Assembly: GCA_963732835.1 (NCBI GenBank)
Contig: CAVTBA010000029.1
Location: 2,964-66,963, forward strand
Direction of reading: 5' to 3'
DNA length: 64,000 nucleotides
Source: an uncultured Actinomycetota bacterium
GTDB lineage: Bacteria > Actinomycetota > Actinomycetes > Mycobacteriales > Mycobacteriaceae
Every line of letters begins with the position of its first letter. The first letter of the stretch is position 1. Below are positions 24,587 through 37,529 of the stretch, piece by piece. Under the pieces are notes generated by a model. That model had not been told where the DNA came from, searched no databases, and worked only from the letters and a program-made list of their open reading frames with translations. The position numbers were made by a program, and so were the translations under genes.

Positions 24587-24714
24587 CCGTGCAGCTTAGC
24601 CGCCGGGGACTCCCGGCCCGCCGGCTCGCCGTCGCCGTGACGGCCGCGGACGGCCACCCCGGCGGTCATCCCGGCGCCGTTGCCGAGGCCTTCCTCACGC
24701 GTAGCCTCACGATC

Positions 24715-25548
24715 GTGGCGATTCGCGACCATGGCGACCCCGGGGACGCGCCCTCCGCACCCCCGCCCCTGCGCCCGCCGACCAACGACGCGCGCCCGTC
24801 TGCGGCGGAGCAGGCGCGCACCATCGCCGCCGCCACCAATGCCGCCACGCTGGCCACCTTGACCGCTGACGGCGACCCGTGGGCGTCGCTGGTGGCTTAT
24901 GGCCTGCTGGGTGGGATGCCGGTGCTGTGCGTCTCGAGCCTGGCCGAGCACGGCCGCAACCTCGCGGGCGACCCGAGGGCCAGCCTGTCGATCGTGGCGG
25001 CCAGCGGCGACACCGACCCGCTGGCCGGCAGCCGCATCACCCTGGCCGGGCTGGTTGCGAAGCCAACGGCGTCCGAGCGCGACCAGGCCCGGGCGGCATA
25101 CCTGGACTCGGTTCCCGCCGCGCGGTACTACCTGGACTTCAGCGACTTCAGCCTGTGGGTGCTACGGGTTCAGCGGGTGCGGTGGGTAGGCGGATATGGC
25201 CGCATGGACTCGGCCAGCGGCGACCAGTACGCCGCCGCTTCCCCGGATCCGGTGGCGCCGGCGGCCGCCCGGGCCGTCGCGCATCTCAACGCCGACCACG
25301 CCGACGCCCTGGCGGCCATGGCCCGGACCTTCGGCGGCTACCCCGACACCGAGACCGCGATGTGTACCGGCGTCGACCGCTACGGCCTGGATCTGCGGGT
25401 GCATACCCCCCGCGGAGTGGCCTACGCCCGGGTCGGGTTTCCGGCACGGCTGGAGTCCGTGGGCCAATTGCGTTCGGCCACAGCGGACTTAGCCCGCGCC
25501 GCGGAACCGGCTATTGACGAACTCGGCGGCTCACACGGAAGCGCATGA
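24715..25548 (+). CDS. HugZ-like PNPOx split-barrel protein with C-terminal DUF2470
   Basis: PWASLV...SSLAEHGRNL...RASL, VGGYGRM, HLNADH, GVDRYG. Confidence 0.8.
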   Translation: MAIRDHGDPGDAPSAPPPLRPPTNDARPSAAEQARTIAAATNAATLATLTADGDPWASLVAYGLLGGMPVLCVSSLAEHGRNLAGDPRASLSIVAASGDTDPLAGSRITLAGLVAKPTASERDQARAAYLDSVPAARYYLDFSDFSLWVLRVQRVRWVGGYGRMDSASGDQYAAASPDPVAPAAARAVAHLNADHADALAAMARTFGGYPDTETAMCTGVDRYGLDLRVHTPRGVAYARVGFPARLESVGQLRSATADLARAAEPAIDELGGSHGSA

Positions 25549-25599
25549 TCCGCAACGTCGTTGAAGACGAGTCGTCAAAAGCCGGGACCGCGTCATTGG

Positions 25600-25890
25600 C
25601 TACTTCTCGTCGCCGTCAGCCTTGCTCAGCGCCCGGTCCGCGGTCGAGACCAGCTTGCGGTTGAACTGATACTGGGCGGCGACGAGCTTGTCGGCCAGTT
25701 CGATGGCGGCGTCGACGATCTTGGTGCGTAGCGGTTGGACCGCCTCCGGGATTGCGTCGTCAAGGGTCTTGTGAAATGCCCGGAGCGCTTCGACTGCAGC
25801 GTGCTGTCCGGCTTTGGCCGATTCACGTACCTCGTCGAGCAGGTCGGTCGAACGCGATGCGACGGACGTCGATTCAGTCGTCTGAGCCAT
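25600..25890 (-). CDS. Small helical hypothetical protein
   Basis: 96-aa ORF with AAGGAA RBS upstream; amphipathic helical composition. Confidence 0.7.
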   Translation of the reverse strand: MAQTTESTSVASRSTDLLDEVRESAKAGQHAAVEALRAFHKTLDDAIPEAVQPLRTKIVDAAIELADKLVAAQYQFNRKLVSTADRALSKADGDEK

Positions 25891-26144
25891 GTCAATTCCT
25901 TATTTTTTGGGGGTTTCAATACCAGCGTCGACGTTATTCGGCGTGGCGGGCCGGGCACTATGGGCGAAGGTCCCATCGCGGCTGCCAATGGTCTTCACCG
26001 TCGGCGGAGGCGGAGAGACGTGCCGCCACGAAAGTCAGGTGGTAACGCACAGCGGCCGGTCGGGTAGCCTCCCGTTCGTGTGATTCGCGAACGCGAGTGT
26101 GACCAGCGCAACGGCCACATAGGGCCCCCTTGGTGGACCGATCC

Positions 26145-26178
26145 CCGGAATTGCGTCACACTGGTGTTGTGAAAATCC
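26145..26178. promoter_or_regulatory. Putative SufR operator overlapping the suf promoter and start
   Basis: Imperfect inverted repeat TCACA-ctggtgt-TGTGA with flanking AATT/AAAAT; SufR autoregulation is known in M. tuberculosis. Confidence 0.55.
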
Positions 26179-26918
26179 GAACCGACCTCGATGACGCCGC
26201 CCTGAGCGCGGCGGGCGCGGCGGTGCCGGATGGTCACACCCGTCGCGCCATCGTGCGCTTGCTGCTGGAGTCCGGATCGATCACCGCCGGCGAGATCGGC
26301 GACCGCCTCGGGCTGGCGGCCGCCGGCGTGCGGCGCCATCTCGACGCCCTGATCGAGGCGGGGGATGCCGAGTCGGTGCCTGCCGCTTCCTGGCAGCAGG
26401 CGGGGCGCGGGCGGCCCGCCAAGCGGTTCCGGCTGACGGCGGGGGGCCGCGCCAAGCTCGAGCACGCCTATGACGACCTGGCGGCGGCGGCCATGCGCCA
26501 GCTGCGCGAAATCGGCGGGGAGGACGCGGTCCGCACGTTCGCCCGGCGCCGCATCGACGCTGTCCTGGCCGGCGTGCCGGCCGCGGACAGCGACGACGAC
26601 GCCGAAGTGGAGGCGGCCGCCGAGCGGGTTGCCGGCGCGCTGACCAGGGCCGGCTACGTCGCGACCACGACGCGTGTCGGCGGCCCGATCCACGGCGTGC
26701 AGATCTGCCAGCACCACTGCCCGGTGTCGCACGTCGCCGAGGAGTTCCCCGAGTTGTGTGAAGCCGAGCAGCAGGCCATGGCCGAGGTGCTCGGGACCCA
26801 TGTGCAGCGGTTGGCGACGATCGTCAACGGGGACTGCGCCTGCACCACCCACGTGCCCCTTACCCCGGCGCCCAGCCCGCGCCGCGACACCACGAGCATC
26901 GAAGGAGCGTCGTTATGA
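26169..26918 (+). CDS. sufR: Fe-S cluster regulator SufR (Rv1460)
   Basis: HTH with GRGRPAK, CQHHCP, ELCEAE, CACTTH. Confidence 0.93.
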   Translation: MKIRTDLDDAALSAAGAAVPDGHTRRAIVRLLLESGSITAGEIGDRLGLAAAGVRRHLDALIEAGDAESVPAASWQQAGRGRPAKRFRLTAGGRAKLEHAYDDLAAAAMRQLREIGGEDAVRTFARRRIDAVLAGVPAADSDDDAEVEAAAERVAGALTRAGYVATTTRVGGPIHGVQICQHHCPVSHVAEEFPELCEAEQQAMAEVLGTHVQRLATIVNGDCACTTHVPLTPAPSPRRDTTSIEGASL

Positions 26919-28375
26919 CCCTCACGCCAGAGGCCCAGAAGGTCTTCAAAACGGGAGATGCCGAGCCGTTGACCCAGGAGCAGGCGATCGCCTCGCTCGG
27001 CACGTACGGCTACGGCTGGGCGGACTCCGACGTCGCGGGCGCCAGCGCGCAGCGCGGGCTGTCCGAGGCGGTGGTCCGCGACATCTCCGCGAAGAAGAGC
27101 GAGCCCGAGTGGATGCTGCAGACGCGGCTCAAGGCGCTGCGCATCTTCGACAAGAAGCCCATGCCGAACTGGGGCTCCAACCTCGACGGCATCCACTTCG
27201 ACAACATCAAGTACTTCGTGCGCTCCAGCGAGAAGCAGGCCGCGACCTGGGATGATCTGCCCGCCGACATCAAGAGCACCTACGACAGGCTGGGCATCCC
27301 GGAGGCCGAGAAGCAGCGGCTGGTCTCCGGTGTCGCCGCGCAGTACGAGTCGGAGGTCGTCTACCACTCCATCCGTGAGGACCTGGAGGCCCAGGGCGTC
27401 ATCTTCCTGGACACCGACACGGCGCTGCGCGAGCACCCGGAGATCTTCCGGGAGTACTTCGGCACCGTGATCCCAGCCGGGGACAACAAGTTCTCCGCGC
27501 TGAACACCGCGGTGTGGAGCGGCGGCTCGTTCATCTACGTCCCCAAGAATGTGCACGTCGACATCCCGCTGCAGGCCTACTTCCGGATCAACACCGAGAA
27601 CATGGGCCAGTTCGAGCGCACGCTGATCATCGCCGACGAGGGCTCTTATGTGCACTACGTCGAGGGCTGTACCGCGCCGATCTACAAGTCGGACTCGCTG
27701 CACTCCGCGGTCGTCGAGATCATCGTGAAACCGCATGCGCGCGTTCGGTATACGACCATCCAGAACTGGTCGAACAACGTCTACAACCTGGTCACCAAGC
27801 GGGCCCGTGCCGAGGCCGGCGCCACCATGGAGTGGGTCGACGGCAACATCGGGTCGAAGGTCACGATGAAGTACCCGGCGGTCTGGATGACCGGCGAGCA
27901 CGCCAAGGGCGAGGTGCTGTCGGTGGCGTTCGCCGGTGTGGACCAGCATCAGGACACCGGCGCCAAGATGCTGCACCTGGCGCCCAACACGTCGAGCAAC
28001 ATCGTGTCCAAGTCGGTGGCGCGCGGCGGCGGCCGCACCTCCTACCGCGGCCTGGTGCAGGTGAACAAGGGCGCGCACGGCTCGCGCTCCAGCGTGAAAT
28101 GCGATGCGCTACTGGTCGATACGATCAGCCGCAGCGACACCTACCCCTATGTCGACATCCGCGAGGACGACGTCACGATGGGCCACGAGGCCACCGTGTC
28201 GAAGGTCAGCGACAACCAGCTGTTCTATCTGATGAGCCGCGGGATGACCGAGGATGAGGCGATGGCGATGGTGGTGCGCGGCTTCGTCGAGCCGATCGCC
28301 AAGGAGCTGCCCATGGAGTACGCCCTGGAGCTCAACCGGCTGATCGAGTTGCAGATGGAGGGCGCGGTCGGATGA
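26915..28375 (+). CDS. sufB: Fe-S assembly protein SufB, no intein
   Basis: [29 protein letters not shown]; 486 aa. Confidence 0.98.
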   Translation: MTLTPEAQKVFKTGDAEPLTQEQAIASLGTYGYGWADSDVAGASAQRGLSEAVVRDISAKKSEPEWMLQTRLKALRIFDKKPMPNWGSNLDGIHFDNIKYFVRSSEKQAATWDDLPADIKSTYDRLGIPEAEKQRLVSGVAAQYESEVVYHSIREDLEAQGVIFLDTDTALREHPEIFREYFGTVIPAGDNKFSALNTAVWSGGSFIYVPKNVHVDIPLQAYFRINTENMGQFERTLIIADEGSYVHYVEGCTAPIYKSDSLHSAVVEIIVKPHARVRYTTIQNWSNNVYNLVTKRARAEAGATMEWVDGNIGSKVTMKYPAVWMTGEHAKGEVLSVAFAGVDQHQDTGAKMLHLAPNTSSNIVSKSVARGGGRTSYRGLVQVNKGAHGSRSSVKCDALLVDTISRSDTYPYVDIREDDVTMGHEATVSKVSDNQLFYLMSRGMTEDEAMAMVVRGFVEPIAKELPMEYALELNRLIELQMEGAVG

Positions 28376-29550
28376 CCGCGCCGACTGGATCGTCGCTTGC
28401 CGCACCGAACAAGGGTGAGCTGTTCGCCTCCTTCGACGTCGACGCCTTCGAGGTTCCGCACGGCCGCGACGAGATGTGGCGGTTCACCCCGCTGCGGCGG
28501 TTGCGCGGCCTGCACGACGGCTCGGCGCCGGCCACTGGGACCGCCAAGATCAACGTCAGCGAGCAGCCCGGTGTGCAGACCGAGGTCGTCCGCCGCGGCG
28601 ACCAGCGGCTTGGGCAGGGCGGCATGCCCACCGACCGCGTAGCGGCGCAAGCGTTTTCGTCGTTCAACTCCGCGACGCTGGTCACCATCGATCGCGACAC
28701 CCAGATCGCCGAGCCGGTGAACATCACCGTCGCCGGGCCCGGCGCGGGCGCCGTGGCCTACGGGCATCTGCAGATCCGCGTGGCGGAGCTCGGCGAGGCC
28801 GTCGTGGTGATCGACCACCGGGGCAGTGGAACCTACGCCGACAACGTCGAATTCATCGTCGGCGACGCCGCCCGGCTCACCGTGGTCTGGATCGCGGACT
28901 GGGCCGACGACATGGTGCACGTCAGCGCGCAGCACGCACGGCTGGGCAAGGACGCGGTACTGCGGCATGTCACCGTCACCCTGGGCGGCGAGGTGGTGCG
29001 GATGTCGGCCAACGTTCGCTACGCCGCTCCCGGCGGGGACGCCGAGCTGCTGGGCCTCTACTTCGCCGACGACGGCCAGCACCTCGAATCGCGGCTACTG
29101 GTCGACCACGCCCAGCCGAACTGCAAGTCCAATGTGCTGTACAAGGGTGCGCTGCAAGGAGATCCGGACTCGTCGCTGCCCGACGCGCACACCGTCTGGG
29201 TGGGCGACGTGCTGATCCGCGCCGAGGCCACCGACACCGACACCTTCGAGGTGAACCGCAACCTGGTGCTCACCGACGGGGCGCGCGCCGACTCGGTGCC
29301 CAACCTGGAGATCGAGACCGGCGAGATCGTCGGCGCCGGACACGCCAGTGCCACCGGACGTTTCGACGACGAGCAACTGTTCTACCTGCGCTCCCGGGGC
29401 ATCCCGGAAGAGCAGGCGCGCAGGCTGGTGATCCGCGGCTTCTTCGGCGAGATCATCTCCAAGATCGCGGTGCCCGGCATCCGGGAACGGCTGACCGCCG
29501 CCATCGAACACGAACTGGAAATCACGGAATCGAGAGCAACAACTTCATGA
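28372..29550 (+). CDS. sufD: Fe-S assembly protein SufD
   Basis: [23 protein letters not shown]. Confidence 0.96.
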   Translation: MTAPTGSSLAAPNKGELFASFDVDAFEVPHGRDEMWRFTPLRRLRGLHDGSAPATGTAKINVSEQPGVQTEVVRRGDQRLGQGGMPTDRVAAQAFSSFNSATLVTIDRDTQIAEPVNITVAGPGAGAVAYGHLQIRVAELGEAVVVIDHRGSGTYADNVEFIVGDAARLTVVWIADWADDMVHVSAQHARLGKDAVLRHVTVTLGGEVVRMSANVRYAAPGGDAELLGLYFADDGQHLESRLLVDHAQPNCKSNVLYKGALQGDPDSSLPDAHTVWVGDVLIRAEATDTDTFEVNRNLVLTDGARADSVPNLEIETGEIVGAGHASATGRFDDEQLFYLRSRGIPEEQARRLVIRGFFGEIISKIAVPGIRERLTAAIEHELEITESRATTS

Positions 29551-30359
29551 CCACTTTGGAGATCAAAGACCTGCACGTCAGCGTTGTGGACGCCGCCGAC
29601 GCCGACCGTGACATTGCCATCCTCAAGGGCGTCAACCTGACCGTCAATTCCGGTGAGACGCACGCGGTGATGGGGCCCAACGGGTCCGGCAAGTCCACGC
29701 TGTCCTACGCCATCGCCGGTCACCCGAAGTATCAGGTGACGTCCGGGTCGATCACGCTGGACGGCCAGAACGTGCTGGACATGAGCGTCGACGAACGTGC
29801 CCGCGCGGGGTTGTTCCTGGCCATGCAGTACCCCGTCGAGGTGCCGGGCGTGTCGATGTCGAACTTCCTGCGCAGCGCCGCGACCGCCGTCCGCGGCGAG
29901 CCACCGAAACTGCGGCACTGGGTCAAGGAGGTCAAGGCCGCCATGGCCGACCTCGACATCGACCCGGCGTTCGCCGAACGCAGCGTCAACGAGGGGTTTT
30001 CCGGCGGCGAGAAGAAGCGCCACGAAATCCTGCAGCTGGGACTGCTCAAGCCCAAGATCGCCATCCTCGACGAGACCGACTCCGGCCTGGACGTCGACGC
30101 GCTGCGGGTGGTCAGCGAGGGCGTCAACCGCTACGCCGAGTCCGGCTGGGACGATGGCACCGGCCAGCCGGTGCGTGGCGGCATCCTGTTGATCACCCAC
30201 TACACCCGGATCCTGCGCTACATCCACCCGCAATTCGTGCACGTGTTCGTGGGTGGCCGGATCGTCGAATCCGGTGGTCCGGAGCTGGCAGACGAACTCG
30301 AGGAGAACGGCTACGTGCGCTTCACCGAAGCGGCGGCTATGCCCGCTGGGGGAGCCTGA
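29547..30359 (+). CDS. sufC: Fe-S assembly ATPase SufC
   Basis: GPNGSGKST, FSGGEKKR, DETDSGLD. Confidence 0.97.
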   Translation: MTTLEIKDLHVSVVDAADADRDIAILKGVNLTVNSGETHAVMGPNGSGKSTLSYAIAGHPKYQVTSGSITLDGQNVLDMSVDERARAGLFLAMQYPVEVPGVSMSNFLRSAATAVRGEPPKLRHWVKEVKAAMADLDIDPAFAERSVNEGFSGGEKKRHEILQLGLLKPKIAILDETDSGLDVDALRVVSEGVNRYAESGWDDGTGQPVRGGILLITHYTRILRYIHPQFVHVFVGGRIVESGGPELADELEENGYVRFTEAAAMPAGGA

Positions 30360-32087
<1,728 letters not shown>

Positions 32088-32113
<26 letters not shown>

Positions 32114-32435
32114 CGAACTGCTCGCCGACATGGAGGAGGCGATGCGCGACGTCGTCGACCCCGAATTGGGCATCAACGTCGTCGATCTCGGGCTGGTCTA
32201 CGGCCTCAACGTGGAAGAGGGCGACGCCGGAACCGTCGCCCTGATCGACATGACGTTGACCTCGGCGGCCTGCCCGCTGACCGACGTCATCGAGGACCAG
32301 TCGCGCAGCGCGCTCGTCAGCAGCGGTCTGGTCGACGACCTGCGGATCAACTGGGTGTGGAACCCGCCGTGGGGCCCGGACAAGATCACCGAGGACGGGC
32401 GCGAGCAACTGCGTGCCCTCGGTTTCACCGTCTGA
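32088..32435 (+). CDS. sufT: DUF59 Fe-S maturation protein SufT
   Basis: DPELGINVVDLGLVY, TLTSAACP. Confidence 0.93.
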
Positions 32436-32459
32436 ACCCTGCCGCCGGCACTAGAGGCC

Positions 32460-33206
32460 CTAGAGGTGGAAGGGCAGGTGCGGCAGGTGCAGGTGGTGGT
32501 GCGGGTGCCCCATCGGCGGGCACGTCTGCAGGCTGATGGTTGTCGCATGCAGCACGCCGGCGTCCTGAATTCCCTGCGCGCCCATGCATTTTCCGTTCGC
32601 GATGGCCTGGGCGTCCGACGGCGTCTGCAGCTGGTATGAGGTCGAGTTGGCGACGGTGACGTTGGTCGGGGCGGCTTGCGCACCGATGCCGTTGACCGCG
32701 ATGGTGTCACCCGAGACCGACGTGACCGTGCCGTAGAAGCCGGCCGGCGGCGGGCACTTGCCGTCCACGGCGGAGGTGATCGTCACCGATTGCGCGGTGA
32801 TCGCGCCACCGGCCGGAGCGCTCTGCGGGGTGGCGCGCACGTTGACGCAACTGCCGGGGGTGACGTCGGTCAGCTTGGCCGGGGCGACCTGCACGACCCG
32901 CGTCGACGGCGTGAACTCCACCGTCGCGCTTCCGGTTCGCGTCCTGAGCCCGATCGTGCCGCCCGAGACCGACTCGATCAGCCCCTCGACGTAGTCCTTG
33001 CCAACCGGCGGCGGTGCCGGCGACGGCGGCGCCGCGCTCGGCGCCGGGCTGCGCGGGGCCGCGCCCGTCACCGCCGGCTTGGCGGGATTGCTGGTATTCG
33101 TGTCGCTCGAATGGCACATGGCGACGCCCACAAGGACGACCGCGACGACGGCGACGAGCGCAAGCCGAGCCAGCCGGGGGTTCACCGAAGTGGCGGGCAT
33201 CGTCAC
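32460..33206 (-). CDS. Exported DUF5666-like protein with His-rich tail
   Basis: N-terminal hydrophobic segment, two G.V.SVSG.TI repeats with Cys pairs; similar to the adjacent gene. Confidence 0.7.
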   Translation of the reverse strand: MTMPATSVNPRLARLALVAVVAVVLVGVAMCHSSDTNTSNPAKPAVTGAAPRSPAPSAAPPSPAPPPVGKDYVEGLIESVSGGTIGLRTRTGSATVEFTPSTRVVQVAPAKLTDVTPGSCVNVRATPQSAPAGGAITAQSVTITSAVDGKCPPPAGFYGTVTSVSGDTIAVNGIGAQAAPTNVTVANSTSYQLQTPSDAQAIANGKCMGAQGIQDAGVLHATTISLQTCPPMGHPHHHLHLPHLPFHL

Positions 33207-33331
33207 ATCTCCGATCGCGCGGTTGACCGTCGCCAGCGAATACCCAGGCGAGCGCGGTTATGACCACCGCGCTCGCCTGGTGTGACGGTAATCTCAGGCG
33301 GCCGCAGGCGCGCTCAGCCGCCCTGGCCGGG

Positions 33332-34114
33332 CTACTTGGGCTTGCCGCATTTGCCGTCGGTGGCCTGCCGCACGTTGATGCTGGTCGCCTGCAACGCGCC
33401 CCCGTTGTCCATGGTTCCGCGCGCCCAGACGCACTTGCCCTGCGCAATCGCGTCGGTGGTGGCGGCGGCCTGCTTGCTGTATTTGGTCTTGTCGTCGACC
33501 GTCACCGCGGTCTGCGTGGTGTTGCCACTCGGGTCGGTGCCGGTGACATTGATGGTGTTACCCGACACCGACGCCACCGAGCCACGGACCGGGGCCGGCT
33601 TCGGCGCCGGGGCCGGTGCCGGTGAGCCGGGGGGCGCCGGGGTGCTCGAACCCGGTCCCGAACCCTGCCCCGCAGGCTTGGCCGGGCATGCGCCGTTGAC
33701 CGAAGGGCTGACCTTCACCGACGCCGCAACGACGGGCTGCCCACCCTGGGCTTCCCCGGTGGGCCGCACGGTCACGCAGCTGCCCGAGGTGACGTCGGTC
33801 AGCGCGGCGGGGGTGGTCTCGGTGACCTTGGTGGTCGAGGTGAAGTTCACCGCGGCGGTGGAGTTGTCCTCCTTGGTGACCTGGATGGAGTTGCCCGCCA
33901 CCGAGGCGATCAGGCCGCTCACCCGGGCTTCGGCGCCGGCCGGTGCCGGCGATGTGGTCGTCGAGGTGATGACCGACGTCGACGTTGAGGTTGACGTCGT
34001 CGGGCTTGATTTGTTGGACGAACTGCACGCGGCGACGGACAGCGCGGTAACCCCGGTGACCGCGAGGACCGCGAATCGGGTGAGCCGGGGCGCTGGACAG
34101 CTGGCAGACATCAA
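33332..34114 (-). CDS. DUF5666-like lipoprotein
   Basis: Lipobox-like VAAC, Ser/Thr linker, two G..ASV.GN.I repeats with Cys pairs. Confidence 0.75.
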   Translation of the reverse strand: MMSASCPAPRLTRFAVLAVTGVTALSVAACSSSNKSSPTTSTSTSTSVITSTTTSPAPAGAEARVSGLIASVAGNSIQVTKEDNSTAAVNFTSTTKVTETTPAALTDVTSGSCVTVRPTGEAQGGQPVVAASVKVSPSVNGACPAKPAGQGSGPGSSTPAPPGSPAPAPAPKPAPVRGSVASVSGNTINVTGTDPSGNTTQTAVTVDDKTKYSKQAAATTDAIAQGKCVWARGTMDNGGALQATSINVRQATDGKCGKPK

Positions 34115-34198
34115 CGTTCTCCAATCGTGGTCGGACCCAACGCAATGGGTATTACCCGTTGAAGCTGTAGCTAACCTGTGTGTAACACAGGGCGACGG

Positions 34199-36025
34199 TC
34201 AGAACGCCTTCTCGGAGACGCGCATGATCTCGTCGTCGATGGACTCGATGACCTTGCGCAGGGACGTGAGTTTCGGGAGCACGTTCTTGGCGAAGAACGC
34301 CGCGGTCGCCAACTTGCCCCGATAGAACGCCGCGTCGCTGCCGGCCGCGTCCGCCAGCGCGGCGTGCGCGATACCGGCCTGCACCAGCAGCCGCCAGCCG
34401 ATGAGCAGATCGCCCACCGCGAGCAGATACCGTACCGACCCCAGCCCGACTTTGTAGATCTCGGCGGGATGTTGCGCGGCGGACATCAGGTATCCGGTCA
34501 ATGCGCCCGTCATCGCGGTGACCTCGTCGAGCGCGGTCTGCAGCAGCTGGGCCTGCGGTTTGAGCGCCTCGTCGCAGGCATCGATCGTCTCGGTGATCTG
34601 AGCCGTCACGAACCGCAGGGCCTCGCCGCGGTCGCGAACGATCTTGCGGAAGAAGAAGTCGAGCGCCTGGATGGCCGTGGTGCCCTCGTAGAGGGAATCG
34701 ATCTTGGAATCACGGATGTACTGCTCGAGCGGATAGTCCTGCAGGAAGCCCGAACCGCCGAGCGTCTGCAGTGACTCGGTCAGGATCTCGTAGGCCCGTT
34801 CCGAGCTCACGCCTTTGACGATCGGCAGCAGCAAGTCGTCCACGCGATGCGCCATCCCGTGGTCGGCACCCGAGACATGTTGTGCCACAGTGTCGTCCTG
34901 GTGTGCGGCGGCATACATGTACAGCGTCCGCAAACCCTCGGCGTAGGCCTTCTGCGTCATCAGGCTGCGACGCACGTCGGGGTGGTGGATGATGGTGACC
35001 CGCGGCGCGGTCTTGTCGGACATCTGCGTCAGGTCCGCACCCTGCACCCGTTCTTTGGCGAAGGCCAGCGCGTTCAGGTAGCCCGTGGACAGGGTCCCGG
35101 CGGCCTTGACCCCGATCGTCATCCGCGCGTGCTCGATCACGGTGAACATCTGCGCGATGCCGTTGTGTACATCGCCGACCAAGTAACCGACGGCGGGCAG
35201 ATCCGTTGCGCCGAAAGTCAATTCGCAAGTCGGGGAGGACTTGATCCCCATCTTGTGCTCCAGGCCCGTGGTGAAAACGCCGTTGCGGGGCCCGAGTTCG
35301 AACGTGTCGGGGTCGAAGAGGTATTCGGGCACGTAGAACAGGCTGAGCCCCTTGGTTCCCGGTCCGGCGCCCTCCGGTCGGGCCAGCACGAGGTGGAAGA
35401 TGTTCTCGGCGGTGTCGCCCACGTCTCCACCGGAGATGAACCGCTTGACGCCCTCGATGTGCCAGGTGCCGTCGGGTTGTTCGGCGGCCTTGGCGCGGCC
35501 CGCGCCGACGTCGGAGCCGGCATCGGGTTCGGTGAGCACCATGGTGGCCGCCCAGCCGCGCTCCACGCCCTCGGCTGCCCACCGCCGTTGCTCTTCGTTG
35601 CCCTCGACGTACAGCGCCTGGGCCATCAACGGGCCGAGGCAGAAGAAGTTCGCAGAAGGGTTGGCGCAGAGGATCATCTCGTTGACCGCCCACGCCAGCG
35701 GCGGCGGCGCGGGCATGCCGCCGATCTCTTCGTCGAGCATGAGTCGCCACCAGCCGGCCTCTTTGATCGCCTCCACCGTTTTGGCCAATTCGGGCGTCAC
35801 GCTGATGGTGTGGGCGGCCGGGTCGAAGACCGGAGGGTTGCGGTCGGCGAAGGCGAAGGTTTCGGCGACCGGGCCTTCGGCCAGGCGGGCGGCTTCGGCC
35901 AGGATCGTGCGTACCGTGTCCTCGTCGAGGTCGCCGTAGTGTCCGGTGCCGAGCACAGCGCCCACATCGAGAACCTCGAACAGGTTGAACTCGAGATCTC
36001 GGACGTTTGCGATGTAGTGGCCCAA
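34199..36025 (-). CDS. fadE15: Acyl-CoA dehydrogenase
   Basis: [28 protein letters not shown]; synteny with Rv1467c. Confidence 0.9.
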   Translation of the reverse strand: MGHYIANVRDLEFNLFEVLDVGAVLGTGHYGDLDEDTVRTILAEAARLAEGPVAETFAFADRNPPVFDPAAHTISVTPELAKTVEAIKEAGWWRLMLDEEIGGMPAPPPLAWAVNEMILCANPSANFFCLGPLMAQALYVEGNEEQRRWAAEGVERGWAATMVLTEPDAGSDVGAGRAKAAEQPDGTWHIEGVKRFISGGDVGDTAENIFHLVLARPEGAGPGTKGLSLFYVPEYLFDPDTFELGPRNGVFTTGLEHKMGIKSSPTCELTFGATDLPAVGYLVGDVHNGIAQMFTVIEHARMTIGVKAAGTLSTGYLNALAFAKERVQGADLTQMSDKTAPRVTIIHHPDVRRSLMTQKAYAEGLRTLYMYAAAHQDDTVAQHVSGADHGMAHRVDDLLLPIVKGVSSERAYEILTESLQTLGGSGFLQDYPLEQYIRDSKIDSLYEGTTAIQALDFFFRKIVRDRGEALRFVTAQITETIDACDEALKPQAQLLQTALDEVTAMTGALTGYLMSAAQHPAEIYKVGLGSVRYLLAVGDLLIGWRLLVQAGIAHAALADAAGSDAAFYRGKLATAAFFAKNVLPKLTSLRKVIESIDDEIMRVSEKAF

Positions 36026-36294
36026 CGCGATTCCCTCACTGGTTCTCGAGGCGGCGGATAGTCCGCTCAGTGTGTCCGACGTGGGAAAACGTACGCAACC
36101 GTAACCTACGGCGGGCCGCAGGCAGGTTACGCGCCGGTGTAGTCACGGCGAACCGGGCGCGAGCCCGCTTGCATTGCGCCGTAAGCAAACTCGGCACCGC
36201 GGTTCGGGCGACCCGGCGGGCCCGCCGTTGTGCCGGCGTCGCGCGATTTCGGCGGCTGCCGCACTCGGGGAACACCGCGTCGGGCTCCGGCGTT

Positions 36295-36654
36295 ATGGCA
36301 AACGTGACAACACTCGATCTCACCGCTGAGAAGTTCAATGAAACCATCGAGGGCAACGACATCGTGCTCGTCGATTTCTGGGCGTCCTGGTGCGGGCCAT
36401 GCCGCCAGTTCGGGCCCACTTTCCAGGCGTCGGCGAAGAAGCACCCCGACATCGTGCACGCGAAGGTCGACACCGAGGCCGAGCAGCAGCTGGCCGCGGC
36501 CGCCCAGGTCCGGTCCATCCCCACGCTGATGGCCTTCAAGAAGGGCAAACTGCTGTTCAACCAGGCCGGGGCGCTGCCGCCGGCGGCTCTCGAAGACCTG
36601 GTGCAGCAAATTCGGGCCTTCGACGTGGACGCCGCCCAAACCGAACAGGCCTGA
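36295..36654 (+). CDS. trxB1: Thioredoxin (Rv1471-like)
   Basis: DFWASWCGPC; start at ATG 36295 or GTG 36304. Confidence 0.9.
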   Translation: MANVTTLDLTAEKFNETIEGNDIVLVDFWASWCGPCRQFGPTFQASAKKHPDIVHAKVDTEAEQQLAAAAQVRSIPTLMAFKKGKLLFNQAGALPPAALEDLVQQIRAFDVDAAQTEQA

Positions 36655-36690
36655 CACGGCCGCTTTGGAGTTGCGCGCTACCGTTCTCGG

Positions 36691-37500
36691 GTGAGTCTGG
36701 TACTGGTAGAGCACCCGCGACCCGGCGTCGCGCTGATAACCCTCAATCGGCCCGAGCGGATGAACTCGATGGCGTTCGACGTCATGGTGCCGCTGAAAGA
36801 GGCCCTCGAGGAGGTCAGGTACGACAATTCGGTGCGCGTGGTCGTGCTGACCGGGGCCGGCCGGGGGTTCTCCTCGGGCGCCGACCACAAGTCCGCGGGC
36901 TCGGTACCCCACGTCGAGGGGCTGACCCGCCCGACCTACGCGTTGCGCTCCATGGAGATTCTCGACGAGGTCATCCTGGGGTTGCGACGCCTGCATCAGC
37001 CGGTGATCGCCGCGGTCAACGGCCCGGCCATCGGTGGTGGGCTGTGCCTGGCGCTGGCCGCCGACATCCGGGTCGCCGCAACGGGCGCGTACTTTCGCGC
37101 GGCCGGCATCAACAACGGCCTGACCGCCAGCGAACTGGGGCTGAGTTACCTGTTGCCCAGGGCCATCGGATCGTCGCGGGCGTTCGAAATCATGCTGACC
37201 GGCCGCGACGTCACGGCCGAGGAGGCCGAGCGCATCGGGCTGGTGTCCTGCCAGGTGCCCGACGAGCAGCTGCTGGACACCTGCTACGCCATCGCCGCGC
37301 GCATAGCGGCGTTCTCGCGGCCGGGGATCGAGTTGACCAAGCGCACACTGTGGAGTGGGCTGGACGCCGGTAGCCTGGAAGGGCACATGCAAGCCGAAGG
37401 CTTGGGTCAGCTGTTCGTTCGTCTGCTCACCGCCAACTTCGAAGAAGCGGTTGCCGCGCGCGCCGAGCGACGCCCGCCGGTGTTCACCGACGACAAGTAG
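36691..37500 (+). CDS. echA12: Enoyl-CoA hydratase
   Basis: LNRPERMN, FSSGAD, AVNGPAIGGG; synteny with Rv1472. Confidence 0.88.
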   Translation: MSLVLVEHPRPGVALITLNRPERMNSMAFDVMVPLKEALEEVRYDNSVRVVVLTGAGRGFSSGADHKSAGSVPHVEGLTRPTYALRSMEILDEVILGLRRLHQPVIAAVNGPAIGGGLCLALAADIRVAATGAYFRAAGINNGLTASELGLSYLLPRAIGSSRAFEIMLTGRDVTAEEAERIGLVSCQVPDEQLLDTCYAIAARIAAFSRPGIELTKRTLWSGLDAGSLEGHMQAEGLGQLFVRLLTANFEEAVAARAERRPPVFTDDK

Positions 37501-37529
37501 CCACGACAAGGGAAGCGCCAGGAGTAGAT

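Noticed and set aside
33282-34325. 347-aa hydrophobic plus-strand ORF
   Set aside because: Antisense of the Thr/Ser-rich lipoprotein gene; the Val richness mirrors Thr codons
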